A stretch of 24,468 nucleotides of DNA, taken from NCBI GenBank assembly GCA_031378585.1, contig JANNEJ010000801.1:1-24468 (forward strand), read 5' to 3'. The notes beneath the pieces are model-generated. The model had not been told where the DNA came from. It ran no database searches and saw only the letters and a list, made by a program, of their open reading frames with translations. Below, one piece after another: positions 16,189 through 24,468 of the stretch; the stretch's first letter is position 1, and every line of letters begins with the position of its first letter. A program made the position numbers and the translations under genes. The stretch is from Acidobacteriota bacterium (GTDB lineage: Bacteria > Acidobacteriota > Vicinamibacteria > Vicinamibacterales > UBA2999).

Positions 16189-17373
16189 CTAGTGCGTGTG
16201 GTGCGTCAACGCCTTGGCCAGTCCTTCGTCGTGGAGCGGCAGCAGCGGTCGCCCCTTCAACTGGGCGGCAAACAGCATCACGAACACGCCGCCAAGCGCG
16301 ATGGGCAGCGCGATGTCGATGAGACCGACCGAGAGGCCTTCGTGATGGAACTCGGGCGCGACGTGCCAGTAGTAGTCGACCAATCGGACGGCGACCATCC
16401 AGGACGCAATCAGACTCAACCGGCGCCAGTCGCGCTTGATGTCGCGTGAGAGCAGCAACACGTAAGGCAGCACGAAGTGGAGCGCCACCAGTGCCCAGCC
16501 GACAAACTGCCAGCCGTTCTGCGCGCGCACCCAGTAGTGCGGAATCTCTTCCTGCGTGTTGGCCGAGTAGATGATGAGGAACTGCGAGAACGACAGGTAG
16601 GCCCACAGCATGATGAAGGCGAAGAGCAGCTTGGCCAGGTCATGGAAATGCGAGGGGTTGATGACCTTGTCGAACGGGGCGTCCTTCGACAGCATCACCA
16701 GCACGGCAATCGAGAAACCCAGCGCCGACAGCGCCTGGCCCACGATGTAGAGCAGTCCCCACATGGTCGAGAACCAGTGCGGGTTGATCGACATGGTCCA
16801 GTCGACGACCGCAAATGTCACGGTGAGGCCGAACACCAGCAAGCCGCCGCCCGACAAGGCCGCCATCTTCTTTGCCATGGCCGGGTCGCCCGTGCGGTCT
16901 TGTTCGGCCGACCACTTGCTCAGCAGCGTGGCCATGCCAGTCCACACGGCGAAGTAGAACACCTGGCGCGCCAGGAAGAACGGCGTGTTCAGGTAGGCCA
17001 CCTTGTCCCGGATCACGGGGTCGCTCGCGGCCGCCTCGGCGTCGGTCCAGTGGTAGAGGTGGTCCATACCGAAGACGATGGGAATGAAGAGCACCGCCAT
17101 GAACGGCAGCGTTCGGGTCGACGCTTCGAGCACGCGACGGATCACCAGGCCCCAGGCGCCGCCCGTGAGGTGCTGCACCATGAGCAGCGCCAGGCTGCCG
17201 AGACCCACGCCAGTCCAGAATACCCACGCCACCAGATACGCCTCGTAGAAGCGGTCTGCGCCGGACATGGTGAAGCCCACGCCCGTCAACACCGCGCCAA
17301 CGACGGCGGCGATCATGGCCTTGTTCTGAACGCCCGAGACGCTCGCGGGCGCGCTGTCTGTTTCCGCAGTCAT
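16189..17373 (-). CDS. actF: ACIII subunit ActF (NrfD-like membrane protein)
   Basis: 394 aa from ATG 17373; LMVQHLTGGAWG, YLNTPFFLAR, DWTMSINPHWFSTMWG, HFHDLAKLLFAF, YLSFSQFLIIY. Confidence 0.92.
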   Translation of the reverse strand: MTAETDSAPASVSGVQNKAMIAAVVGAVLTGVGFTMSGADRFYEAYLVAWVFWTGVGLGSLALLMVQHLTGGAWGLVIRRVLEASTRTLPFMAVLFIPIVFGMDHLYHWTDAEAAASDPVIRDKVAYLNTPFFLARQVFYFAVWTGMATLLSKWSAEQDRTGDPAMAKKMAALSGGGLLVFGLTVTFAVVDWTMSINPHWFSTMWGLLYIVGQALSALGFSIAVLVMLSKDAPFDKVINPSHFHDLAKLLFAFIMLWAYLSFSQFLIIYSANTQEEIPHYWVRAQNGWQFVGWALVALHFVLPYVLLLSRDIKRDWRRLSLIASWMVAVRLVDYYWHVAPEFHHEGLSVGLIDIALPIALGGVFVMLFAAQLKGRPLLPLHDEGLAKALTHHTH

Positions 17374-17375
17374 GT

Positions 17376-18005
17376 CTAGTGTTCCGCCTTCTTCGCAGGC
17401 TCGGTTCCGGCCGCGGCGAGCGAGGCCGCCGGAGCATCGAGCCGGCCGCGGTCGGCCGCGGGCACGTCGTCGACCGTGGCGTTCTGGCTGAGCTGCAGGG
17501 CACGCACGTAGGCGGCAATCAGCCAACGGTCGCGCGGAGGAATCTGATCGGCGTAACCCTGCATCGCGCCGAAGCCGTTGGTGACGACGTCGTAGAAGTA
17601 GCCCGGGGCAATCTGCCGCAGCCGGTCCTGGTGATAGGTCGCGGCCTGCCGGAGCCCGCGCTGCACCACCATGCCCTTGCCGTCGCCGAGTTGACCGTGG
17701 CAGGGCGTGCAGTAAATGGTGAATCGTTCCCGCCCGCGGTCCAGGTCGCTGGCCGTGACGGCAAACGGGAAGGTCGACGCGAGTTCGCCGTCGACCTTAC
17801 CGGTGTAGAAGTGGTCGTCGTCGCGCAGCTGGCCGCGGGCCACCGTGCCGGCCGGCAGGTTGCGCGAGGCGCGGCCGTCGGCAAACGAGGCGTTCGCCTC
17901 GTAGACCTCGTAGTTCGGGCCGTTGTGCATATCCTGACGGCAACCGGCAAGCAGGGCCGACGCCGCGACGAGCGCACACGTGAGCAGACGTCCATTATTC
18001 CGCAA
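17376..18005 (-). CDS. actE: ACIII subunit ActE, monoheme cytochrome c lipoprotein
   Basis: About 209 aa from TTG 18005 overlapping the actD end; LLAG-CRQDMH lipobox; CTPCH; GFGAM distal Met; DRWLIAAYVRALQ. Confidence 0.92.
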   Translation of the reverse strand: MRNNGRLLTCALVAASALLAGCRQDMHNGPNYEVYEANASFADGRASRNLPAGTVARGQLRDDDHFYTGKVDGELASTFPFAVTASDLDRGRERFTIYCTPCHGQLGDGKGMVVQRGLRQAATYHQDRLRQIAPGYFYDVVTNGFGAMQGYADQIPPRDRWLIAAYVRALQLSQNATVDDVPAADRGRLDAPAASLAAAGTEPAKKAEH

Positions 18006-18543
18006 CGTCGTACACTCCCTTCGCGCCAAGACCCTGCAGGAACGCGCCCGTCTGCTCCACGGCGAAGTGCGCATCTTCGGCCTCGATGACGAGAAAGAAC
18101 TTGTCGGACGACGCCAGCGAGAACCGCTCCACGTTGAACACGGGGTGATAAGGCTGCGGCAGGCCGTTCAGCGCAATCATCCCGATGGCCGCCGTGAGCG
18201 CCGAGAAGAGAATCGTCAGCTCGTACGACGGAATGACGAACGCCGGCCACGTGCCGAGCGGGCGGCCACCGACGTTCATCGGATACTCGATGGCCGACGC
18301 CCAGTACTGCAGCGTGAAGCCGGTGGCCATGCCACAGAACGCCATGAAGAGCACGAGCTTCGGCAGGATCGTCCGCTTCTTGTGGATGATGTCGTTCAGT
18401 TCTTCGATCGGGATCGGCGTGTACGCCTCCATCCTGGAGTAACCCGCGGCTACGGCCTTGATCGATGCGTCGACGATGCCTTGCGCCGAGTCGAACTCGG
18501 CCATCAGCCCGTAGAGCCCCGTCTTGTCTGTGTTCGCCTGCAT
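17995..18543 (-). CDS. actD: ACIII subunit ActD (DUF3341)
   Basis: 182 aa; YGLMAEF, EAYTPIP, VGGRPLGTWPAFVIPSYELTILF, LPQPYHPVF, SDKFFLVIE. Confidence 0.93.
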   Translation of the reverse strand: MQANTDKTGLYGLMAEFDSAQGIVDASIKAVAAGYSRMEAYTPIPIEELNDIIHKKRTILPKLVLFMAFCGMATGFTLQYWASAIEYPMNVGGRPLGTWPAFVIPSYELTILFSALTAAIGMIALNGLPQPYHPVFNVERFSLASSDKFFLVIEAEDAHFAVEQTGAFLQGLGAKGVYDVAE

Positions 18544-18557
18544 GACTTGAATCCCGC

Positions 18558-19973
18558 CTAGTGGCCCGCGCCGTGGCCGTCGTGCCCGTGGGGCACGTGC
18601 ACCTTGGCTTCAGGCAGCAGCGTGCGCACCTCGAACATCGAAATCATCGGCACGAAGCGCATGAACAGGAAGAAGAGCGTCACGAAGAGGCCGATGGTGC
18701 CGAAGAACATCATGAAGTCCCACTGCGTCGGGGAATACATGTCCCACGACGAGGGCACGAAGTCGCGGTGCAGCGACGTCACGATGATGACGAACCGCTC
18801 GAGCCACATCGCCAGGTTGACGATGAGCGACAGCACGAAGATCACCTTCAGATTCTGCCGCACGCTCTTGAACCACAGCACGTGGATGAGCACGGCGTTG
18901 ATGAAGATGAGCAGCCAGTAGGCCCATCCGTACGGGCCGGTCATGCGGTTCCACAGCATGAAGCGCTCGTAGGGATTGGCGCTGTACCAGCCGAAGAACG
19001 CCTCCATGCCGTAGCCGTAGGCCACGATGAGGCCGGTCGCAAGCATGACCTTCGCCATGTTGTCGATGTGCTTCATCGTGATCAGGTGCTCGAGCCGGTA
19101 GGCTGAGCGAATCGGAATGGCCAGGGTGAGCACCATGCCGAAGCCCGAGTAGATGGCACCCGCCACGAAGTAGGGCGGAAAGATGGTGGCGTGCCAGCCG
19201 GGGATGACCGACACCGCGAAGTCGAAGCTCACGACGCTGTGCACCGAGAGCACCAGCGGCGTCGACAGGCCGGCCAGAATCAGACTGGCCACTTCGTAGC
19301 GGTGCCAGTGCCTGGCCGAGCCGCGCCAGCCCAGAGCCAGCGTGCCGAACACCATTCGCTTCACGTTCGACGTGGCCCGGTCGCGCATCGTGGCCAGGTC
19401 GGGGATCAAGCCGACGATCCAGAACACCACCGAGACCGTGGCGTAGGTGGAGACGGCAAACACGTCCCAGATGAGCGGGCTGCGGAACTGGGGCCAGAGG
19501 CCCATCGTGTTCGGATACGGGAAGAGCCAGTAGGCCGCCAGCCACGGACGGCCCGTGTGGAGCAGCGGGAAGAGCGCGGCACAGGCCACCGCGAAGATCG
19601 TCATCGCCTCGGCAAAACGGCTGATCGACATGCGCCACTGTTGCTTGAAGAGCAGCAGGATCGCCGAGATCAACGTGCCGGCGTGGCCGATGCCGATCCA
19701 CCACACGAAGTTGATGATGTCGAAGGCCCAGCCTACCGGGATGTTGTTGCCCCAGATGTAGATGCCCTTGAGCAGGAGGTAGCCGATGGCCAGTTGCAGC
19801 GCCGACAGGCCGGCAAGGCCGATGAGGAAGCCGACGATCCAGCCGAAGGAATAGCGCTTCGACAGCGGGATCTGCGCGACCGCTTCGGTAATCGTCTCGT
19901 AGTCCTGGCCCGCCCCGAGCACGGGGTTGTCAAGGGTCGTGGCAGACGACTGTACGTGGACGTGCTGCGCCAT
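18558..19973 (-). CDS. actC: ACIII subunit ActC (NrfD family, quinol site)
   Basis: 471 aa; WWIGIGHAGTLISAIL, RSPLIWDVFAV, SVHSVVSFDF, WHATIFPPYFVAGAIYSG, MWLERFVII. Confidence 0.96.
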   Translation of the reverse strand: MAQHVHVQSSATTLDNPVLGAGQDYETITEAVAQIPLSKRYSFGWIVGFLIGLAGLSALQLAIGYLLLKGIYIWGNNIPVGWAFDIINFVWWIGIGHAGTLISAILLLFKQQWRMSISRFAEAMTIFAVACAALFPLLHTGRPWLAAYWLFPYPNTMGLWPQFRSPLIWDVFAVSTYATVSVVFWIVGLIPDLATMRDRATSNVKRMVFGTLALGWRGSARHWHRYEVASLILAGLSTPLVLSVHSVVSFDFAVSVIPGWHATIFPPYFVAGAIYSGFGMVLTLAIPIRSAYRLEHLITMKHIDNMAKVMLATGLIVAYGYGMEAFFGWYSANPYERFMLWNRMTGPYGWAYWLLIFINAVLIHVLWFKSVRQNLKVIFVLSLIVNLAMWLERFVIIVTSLHRDFVPSSWDMYSPTQWDFMMFFGTIGLFVTLFFLFMRFVPMISMFEVRTLLPEAKVHVPHGHDGHGAGH

Positions 19974-22900
19974 CTAGTGCTCGCTCTCGGTCGAGGCCGC
20001 GTCGTGAGACCCGGTGTGCCCGCCCACAGTCGGGTTCGACGGCAACGCGGGGTTCGGATTGCGAACCGCCGCGAGATAGGTCGTGCGGGGCCTGGTGTTC
20101 AGTTCCGCCAGCATCGAGTAGTTGCGTGGGTTGGCCTTCAGCTTGGCCACGCGGCTGGTCGGATCGTTGAGGTTGCCGAACGTGATGGCCTGACTGGGGC
20201 TCGCGGCTTCGCACGCCGTGACGACTTCGCCGTCGCGAATCTCGCGATCCTCGCGCTTGGCATCGATGCGGGCCGAGTTGATGCGCTGCACGCAGTAGGT
20301 GCACTTCTCCATGATGCCGCGGCTGCGCACGGTCACGTCCGGATTGCGCTGCATCTTGAGCGACGGGGTTTCCCAGTCCTGATACAGCGTGAAGTTGAAG
20401 CGGCGCACTTTCCACGGGCAGTTGTTGGAGCAGTAGCGCGTGCCGACGCACCGGTTGTAGACCATGTCGTTCAGGCCTTCAGCCGAGTGCACTGTCGCCG
20501 ACACCGGGCACACCACCTCGCAGGGCGCGTTCTCGCACTGCTGGCAGGGCATGGGCTGGTAGTAGGTATCGGGGTTGTCGATGTCGCCCGAGTAGTAGCG
20601 GTCGATGCGGAGCCAGTGCATCTCACGGCCGTTGCCGACCTGATCCTTGCCCACGACCGGAATGTTGTTCTCGGACTGACACGCCACCACGCACGCATTG
20701 CAGCCGGTGCAGGTGTTGAGGTCGATGGCCATACCCCACGAGTAGCCCGAGTACTCCCATTTGGGATAGAGCGTGAGCCCATCGGAGAGCTTCATGTGCT
20801 CCATCTCGTGGGCAAACGCCGGATTGGCCTTGTACTCCTCGAGGTTCGTCGACCGCACCAGGTTGCGGCCTTCGATCGACCAATGGTCTTGCGTGCTCAC
20901 GAGCTCGTAGGTGCCGCCCGTCTTGGCCACTTCGGCCGCGCCGAACCACGGCGCGCTGCTGCCCCGCAGGGCATAGGTGTTGACGCCCACGCCCGTGCCA
21001 ACACGGCCGGCCCGCGCGCGGCCGTAACCGACGGCAATCGTGATGGCGTCAAGCGCGTGTCCCGGATCGATCCAGACCGGCGCGTCGATGGCGCGGCCAT
21101 CGTGCGTGACCTTCAGCAGGTCGCCGTTCTTCACGGCGAGGCGTTCTGCGGTACCAGGACCGATGAGGGCCGCGTTGTCCCAGGTGAGCTTGGTGACCGG
21201 CTTGGGCAGTTCCTGCAGCCAGCCGTTATTGGCGAAGCGCCCGTCGTAGACCGAGGCGTCGCGCTTGAACACCACTTCGAAGGCCGGCACGGCCGTCGGG
21301 CCCGCCAGACCGGCGTTCCAGCCGGCATTCAATGCGACGCTGGTCGCGCCGAAGGCCGAGCCGTCGATGTAGCCATCGTGCAGCCAGCGGCGCCACTGCT
21401 TTTCGAACGTGGCAGCAGGCGCGGCCATTGTGCCGGCGGGTGCGCCCGCCTGAATCACCGAAGCGGCGCCCGCCGCCGCGGCCATCCAGTATTCGCGCAC
21501 CACATCGTAGCCGTTGCGTTCGGCGCGGTCGCTCAGCGTCGCCACGACTTCATGCGGCGACTTGCCGCCGTTCATCGGCTGCAGCAGCGGTTGCACAATC
21601 GACACGGTGCCGTCGAGGCTGCGCGCGTCGCTCCACATCTCGAGATAGTGGGTTGAGGGCACGTGCCACTGGCACTGCTCGGCGGTCTCGTCGTAGAAGA
21701 GGCCGGAGTGCGCGCGCAGCGCCACTTTCTGCAACGCCTCGCCGAACTTCCAGTCGGCCGGCGCCGTGAATACGGGATTGGCTTCGCCAACTATCAGCAG
21801 CGCCTGCACGCGGGCGGCGTTCATGTCGACGACCAGCTGCCGCATGGCGGCGTGCTGTTCCGACGCGTCCTCTTCCGGCGTGGGCATGTAGGTGACGGTC
21901 TGGCCGGCGTTGCCGAGCAGGTCGTTCATGGCGTGCGCGACGGCGTGCACGGCGGCCGGTTGGCCTTCGCCCGCGACGACGAGCGAGGCGCCCCGATGCG
22001 CGGCAAGATCCTTGGCAATGGCGGCCACGAAGGCCTCGGTGCCCGAGGGCGCCGCACCGGTGATGCCGGTGACGCCGAGCGCGGCGGCGACCGCCCGGGC
22101 GAAGGCATCGACCTGGCTGGCCTTCATGGGCAGACGGTGATCGGCGCGTCCGCCGGTGACCGACGGCGTGGCTTCCGCCACATACAGACGGCTGAAGCGA
22201 TCGGGGTCGGCGTCGAGGCGGCGGCGCGAGGCAAAGGCGCGCGCGTACTTCACGCCAAACGCGTTCTCGGCGGCCAGGAAATCGGCGTCGAGCGACAGCA
22301 CCACGTCGGCCACGGCGAAGTCGTACACCGGCTCGACGTAGCTGCCAAACGCCATGCGGGCGCCGGCCCGCACGTTGTCGCGCGTCGTCGGTTCCCACTG
22401 AATCCACTTCGCGTCGGGATGCGCCGCGAGAATCTGCTGGATCTGTGCGGCCAGCGTGGGCGAGTTGACCGTTTCGGTCAGGATCCGCAGGCCCGCGCCC
22501 TTGCTGGCGGCCTGCGCCGACAGCGCACCGCGCATCGCGGCCACAAAGCCGCTCCACGGACGAATCTCGCCAAGTTCGGTCATCGAGCTCGAGCGGTCAG
22601 GATCGTACAGCGTGAGTACCGAGGCCTGCGCAAACAAGTCCGTGCCGCCACGGCTCGCGGGATGGTCGGGGTTGCCCTCGATCTTGGTGGGCCGGCCTTC
22701 GTGACTCTCGACGAGCAGGCCCGTCGCCACGCCGCCAAGCGACATGGCCGTGGCATAGAAGAGCGGCTTGCCGGGCACGAGCTCTTCCGGCTGCCGCACA
22801 TACGGCACGATCAGCTCGTCGGGCTGCACCGTGCAGCCCGTGACGCCGGCAAGCGCCAGCGATGCGCTCATCAGCTTCAAGAAATTCCGGCGACCCACGG

Positions 22901-23060
22901 GATCGTTGAATTCGGAGGCGTTGGCCGGGAACTCGCGGTGCAGGAACTCCTTGAACTCCGGAGTTTCCGCGACGGCTTCCAGGCTGCGCCAGTACTGCGG
23001 ACCGCTGGCGTCCTGGAGCTTGGCGCGAATGGCGTTGAGATCTAGCTGCTCTGCACTCAT
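19974..23060 (-). CDS. actB: ACIII subunit ActB (fused molybdopterin-like and FeS domains)
   Basis: 1028 aa; YWRSLE extended-Tat region, GRRNFLK, VTG-C lipobox; no FS0 cysteines (YATAMSLGG); GRFANNGWLQELP; C-terminal CTGCNACVVAC, CQQCENAPCEVVC, CVGTRYCSNNC, CTYC...TACEAASP. Confidence 0.96.
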   Translation of the reverse strand: MSAEQLDLNAIRAKLQDASGPQYWRSLEAVAETPEFKEFLHREFPANASEFNDPVGRRNFLKLMSASLALAGVTGCTVQPDELIVPYVRQPEELVPGKPLFYATAMSLGGVATGLLVESHEGRPTKIEGNPDHPASRGGTDLFAQASVLTLYDPDRSSSMTELGEIRPWSGFVAAMRGALSAQAASKGAGLRILTETVNSPTLAAQIQQILAAHPDAKWIQWEPTTRDNVRAGARMAFGSYVEPVYDFAVADVVLSLDADFLAAENAFGVKYARAFASRRRLDADPDRFSRLYVAEATPSVTGGRADHRLPMKASQVDAFARAVAAALGVTGITGAAPSGTEAFVAAIAKDLAAHRGASLVVAGEGQPAAVHAVAHAMNDLLGNAGQTVTYMPTPEEDASEQHAAMRQLVVDMNAARVQALLIVGEANPVFTAPADWKFGEALQKVALRAHSGLFYDETAEQCQWHVPSTHYLEMWSDARSLDGTVSIVQPLLQPMNGGKSPHEVVATLSDRAERNGYDVVREYWMAAAAGAASVIQAGAPAGTMAAPAATFEKQWRRWLHDGYIDGSAFGATSVALNAGWNAGLAGPTAVPAFEVVFKRDASVYDGRFANNGWLQELPKPVTKLTWDNAALIGPGTAERLAVKNGDLLKVTHDGRAIDAPVWIDPGHALDAITIAVGYGRARAGRVGTGVGVNTYALRGSSAPWFGAAEVAKTGGTYELVSTQDHWSIEGRNLVRSTNLEEYKANPAFAHEMEHMKLSDGLTLYPKWEYSGYSWGMAIDLNTCTGCNACVVACQSENNIPVVGKDQVGNGREMHWLRIDRYYSGDIDNPDTYYQPMPCQQCENAPCEVVCPVSATVHSAEGLNDMVYNRCVGTRYCSNNCPWKVRRFNFTLYQDWETPSLKMQRNPDVTVRSRGIMEKCTYCVQRINSARIDAKREDREIRDGEVVTACEAASPSQAITFGNLNDPTSRVAKLKANPRNYSMLAELNTRPRTTYLAAVRNPNPALPSNPTVGGHTGSHDAASTESEH

Positions 23061-23078
23061 CGTTCTGAATCCGTCCTC

Positions 23079-23115
23079 CGCCTTCGCGCGCTCCGGTTCC
23101 TGACGCGCTACGGCG
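23079..23115. repeat. REP-like imperfect hairpin between actA and actB
   Basis: cgcc-ttc-gcgcg-N13-cgcgc-tac-ggcg in a 103-bp spacer. Confidence 0.5.
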
Positions 23116-23163
23116 TGACTTCGGCCGGTAGCCTTCTCGTTCTGTGGCGTTGTCCCGTCGCCG

Positions 23164-23814
23164 TCAGCGATGGCACACCGAGCAGTTGGTCAGGCTCTGA
23201 ATCTTGTACTCGGCCACGAGTTGGGGTCCGAGCTCTTCTTGCGCCACCGCCGGTTTGTAGCCCATCGTGAGCACTTCCGACCGTGGCCGCACGTACTGTT
23301 CGGGGTTGCGATGGCAGTTCAAGCACCATTCCATCTGCAGCGAGTTCTGCTGGCGCATGAGGGGCATCTGGTCGACGCGGCCGTGGCACGTCTCGCACCC
23401 CACGCCCTTCTTCACGTGGATGCTGTGATTGAAGTAGACGAAGTCTGGCAAGTCGTGCACGCGCAGCCACTTGAGCGGCTTGTCGTCGCGGAAACTGGCG
23501 CGGACCGGCTCGAGGTAGGGGCTGGTTGACCAAATCTGCGAATGGCAGTTGATGCAGGTCTTGGTGGGGGGGATGCCGGCTGACGACGACACCTCAACGG
23601 CCGTGTGGCAGTACCGGCAGTCGATGCCAATCCCACCTACGTGGTGCTGGTGGCTGAACTGGACGGGCTGATCTTTGTATTTGTTTGCCGTGGTCACGAA
23701 ATCGGACCGCTGCAACACCGGCAACGCTGCTCCAAGTGACGCCACGACGCCGAGCACTACGATGATGCTCGTCTTCGACCAGATGTTCGAGCTTTTTGGA
23801 AAAATCTGCGCCAT
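23164..23814 (-). CDS. actA: ACIII subunit ActA, membrane-anchored pentaheme cytochrome c
   Basis: 216 aa from ATG 23814 (MAQIFP); N-terminal TM helix; QPVQFSHQHHVG; CRYCH, CINCH, CETCH, CLNCH, CSVCH. Confidence 0.96.
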   Translation of the reverse strand: MAQIFPKSSNIWSKTSIIVVLGVVASLGAALPVLQRSDFVTTANKYKDQPVQFSHQHHVGGIGIDCRYCHTAVEVSSSAGIPPTKTCINCHSQIWSTSPYLEPVRASFRDDKPLKWLRVHDLPDFVYFNHSIHVKKGVGCETCHGRVDQMPLMRQQNSLQMEWCLNCHRNPEQYVRPRSEVLTMGYKPAVAQEELGPQLVAEYKIQSLTNCSVCHR

Positions 23815-23872
23815 GAGCCGTCGTTTCAGCAGTCGCCGGACTGCTTCCTCCCCGCGGCGTGCGGGCACGCGT

Positions 23873-23890
23873 TTGTGAAAACTTTCGCAA
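23873..23890. promoter_or_regulatory. Putative Rex operator
   Basis: TTGTGAA-AACT-TTCGCAA vs the Rex consensus TTGTGAA-N4-TTCACAA (one mismatch), immediately downstream of the candidate -10. Confidence 0.6.
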
Positions 23891-23895
23891 GCAGA

Positions 23896-23924
23896 CTTGT
23901 ACCAGAAACCCAAACAAAGGACAA
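23896..23924 (-). promoter_or_regulatory. Candidate sigma70 promoter of the act-cox operon
   Basis: Minus strand TTGTCC-N17-TACAAG with TGn before the -10, in the AT-rich spacer upstream of actA. Confidence 0.45.
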
Positions 23925-23981
23925 GGCACCGGAATGGTCTGATTTGCTATTGAAATCGTGAAAATTATGGCAAATAACCAA

Positions 23982-24467
23982 CTACTGCTGCCTTGTTGGG
24001 ACTATGGAAATGGCGCCAGGGGCGGACTCCCAGCGGTATTCGACCGACGACAGCCACTTGTCGAACCACTCGAGTTCCACCTGCACCCGAAAGAGCACGT
24101 GCCGCAGTTCGGCCCAGCCGTGGCCCTCGCGCGGCGCCACCCAGAGCCGCGTCGGCACGCCGTTGTACTTCAACGCCCGGTGCATCTCAACCGACTGCGG
24201 CATGGGCACGCGAGGGTCGTCCTGGCCTACGAGAAACAGGGTCGGTGTCTTCACGTTGGCCACGTGTCGAAGCGGCGAGTGTTCCCAGTAGAGGTCGATG
24301 GGCGCGTCGGCTTGCCAGGGCGTGCCGCCAAACCAGGGGGTGCGGAAGGCGCGATGGTCGCTCTGCGCGTACATCGAGATCCAGTTGGCCGCCCCCGCAC
24401 CGCTTGATGCGGCCTTGAACCTGGTCGTGAAGGTGACGAGTTTGTTCGTCATGTGGCCCCCGGCGCT
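23982..24467 (-). CDS. Prolyl oligopeptidase family (S9) peptidase, C-terminal part; 5' truncated by the window edge
   Basis: Frame is open to the window edge with (W)SAGGHM nucleophile elbow, VKTPTLFLVGQDDPRVP (Asp) and REGHGW (His). Confidence 0.92.
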   Translation of the reverse strand, partial: SAGGHMTNKLVTFTTRFKAASSGAGAANWISMYAQSDHRAFRTPWFGGTPWQADAPIDLYWEHSPLRHVANVKTPTLFLVGQDDPRVPMPQSVEMHRALKYNGVPTRLWVAPREGHGWAELRHVLFRVQVELEWFDKWLSSVEYRWESAPGAISIVPTRQQ

Positions 24468-24468
24468 C

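Noticed and set aside
16151-16192. CRISPR-like array
   Set aside because: 7-bp period with no spacers and no cas genes; no CRISPR, tRNA or rRNA seen anywhere in the window.
23815-23913. 33-aa N-terminal extension of ActA in the ORF track
   Set aside because: Overlaps the candidate promoter and operator; MAQIFP is the usual ActA start in this family.

Overview
High-GC bacterial window; gene order and intergenic repeats suggest Acidobacteriota (Vicinamibacteria-like), which is inference only. Nearly all real genes are on the minus strand. From right to left: a truncated S9 peptidase; a candidate sigma70 promoter with a Rex-like operator; a complete alternative complex III operon (actABCDEFG) joined to sco and an A2-type caa3 oxidase (coxB-ctaD-ctaE-ctaF); a lipoprotein penicillin-acylase-family hydrolase and a SAM methyltransferase; then a SECOND, architecturally different ACIII/Qrc-like module (monoheme cytochrome c, lipoprotein pentaheme ActA-like, stand-alone Tat molybdopterin-family subunit retaining the 4-Cys FS0 motif, separate 4-cluster FeS subunit, ActC-like, ActD-like; no ActF/ActG). 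The left 1.8 kb (split-barrel gene, probable cupin remnant, vapBC) lies between two copies of the 3' end of the second actD-like gene that differ only at synonymous positions. Best leads: the second complex and its FS0-retaining subunit, a Cys-to-Ser change in a canonical ActB cluster ligand, the inverted-repeat spacer covering the FeS gene RBS, the Rex-like site, and the duplicated gene end.
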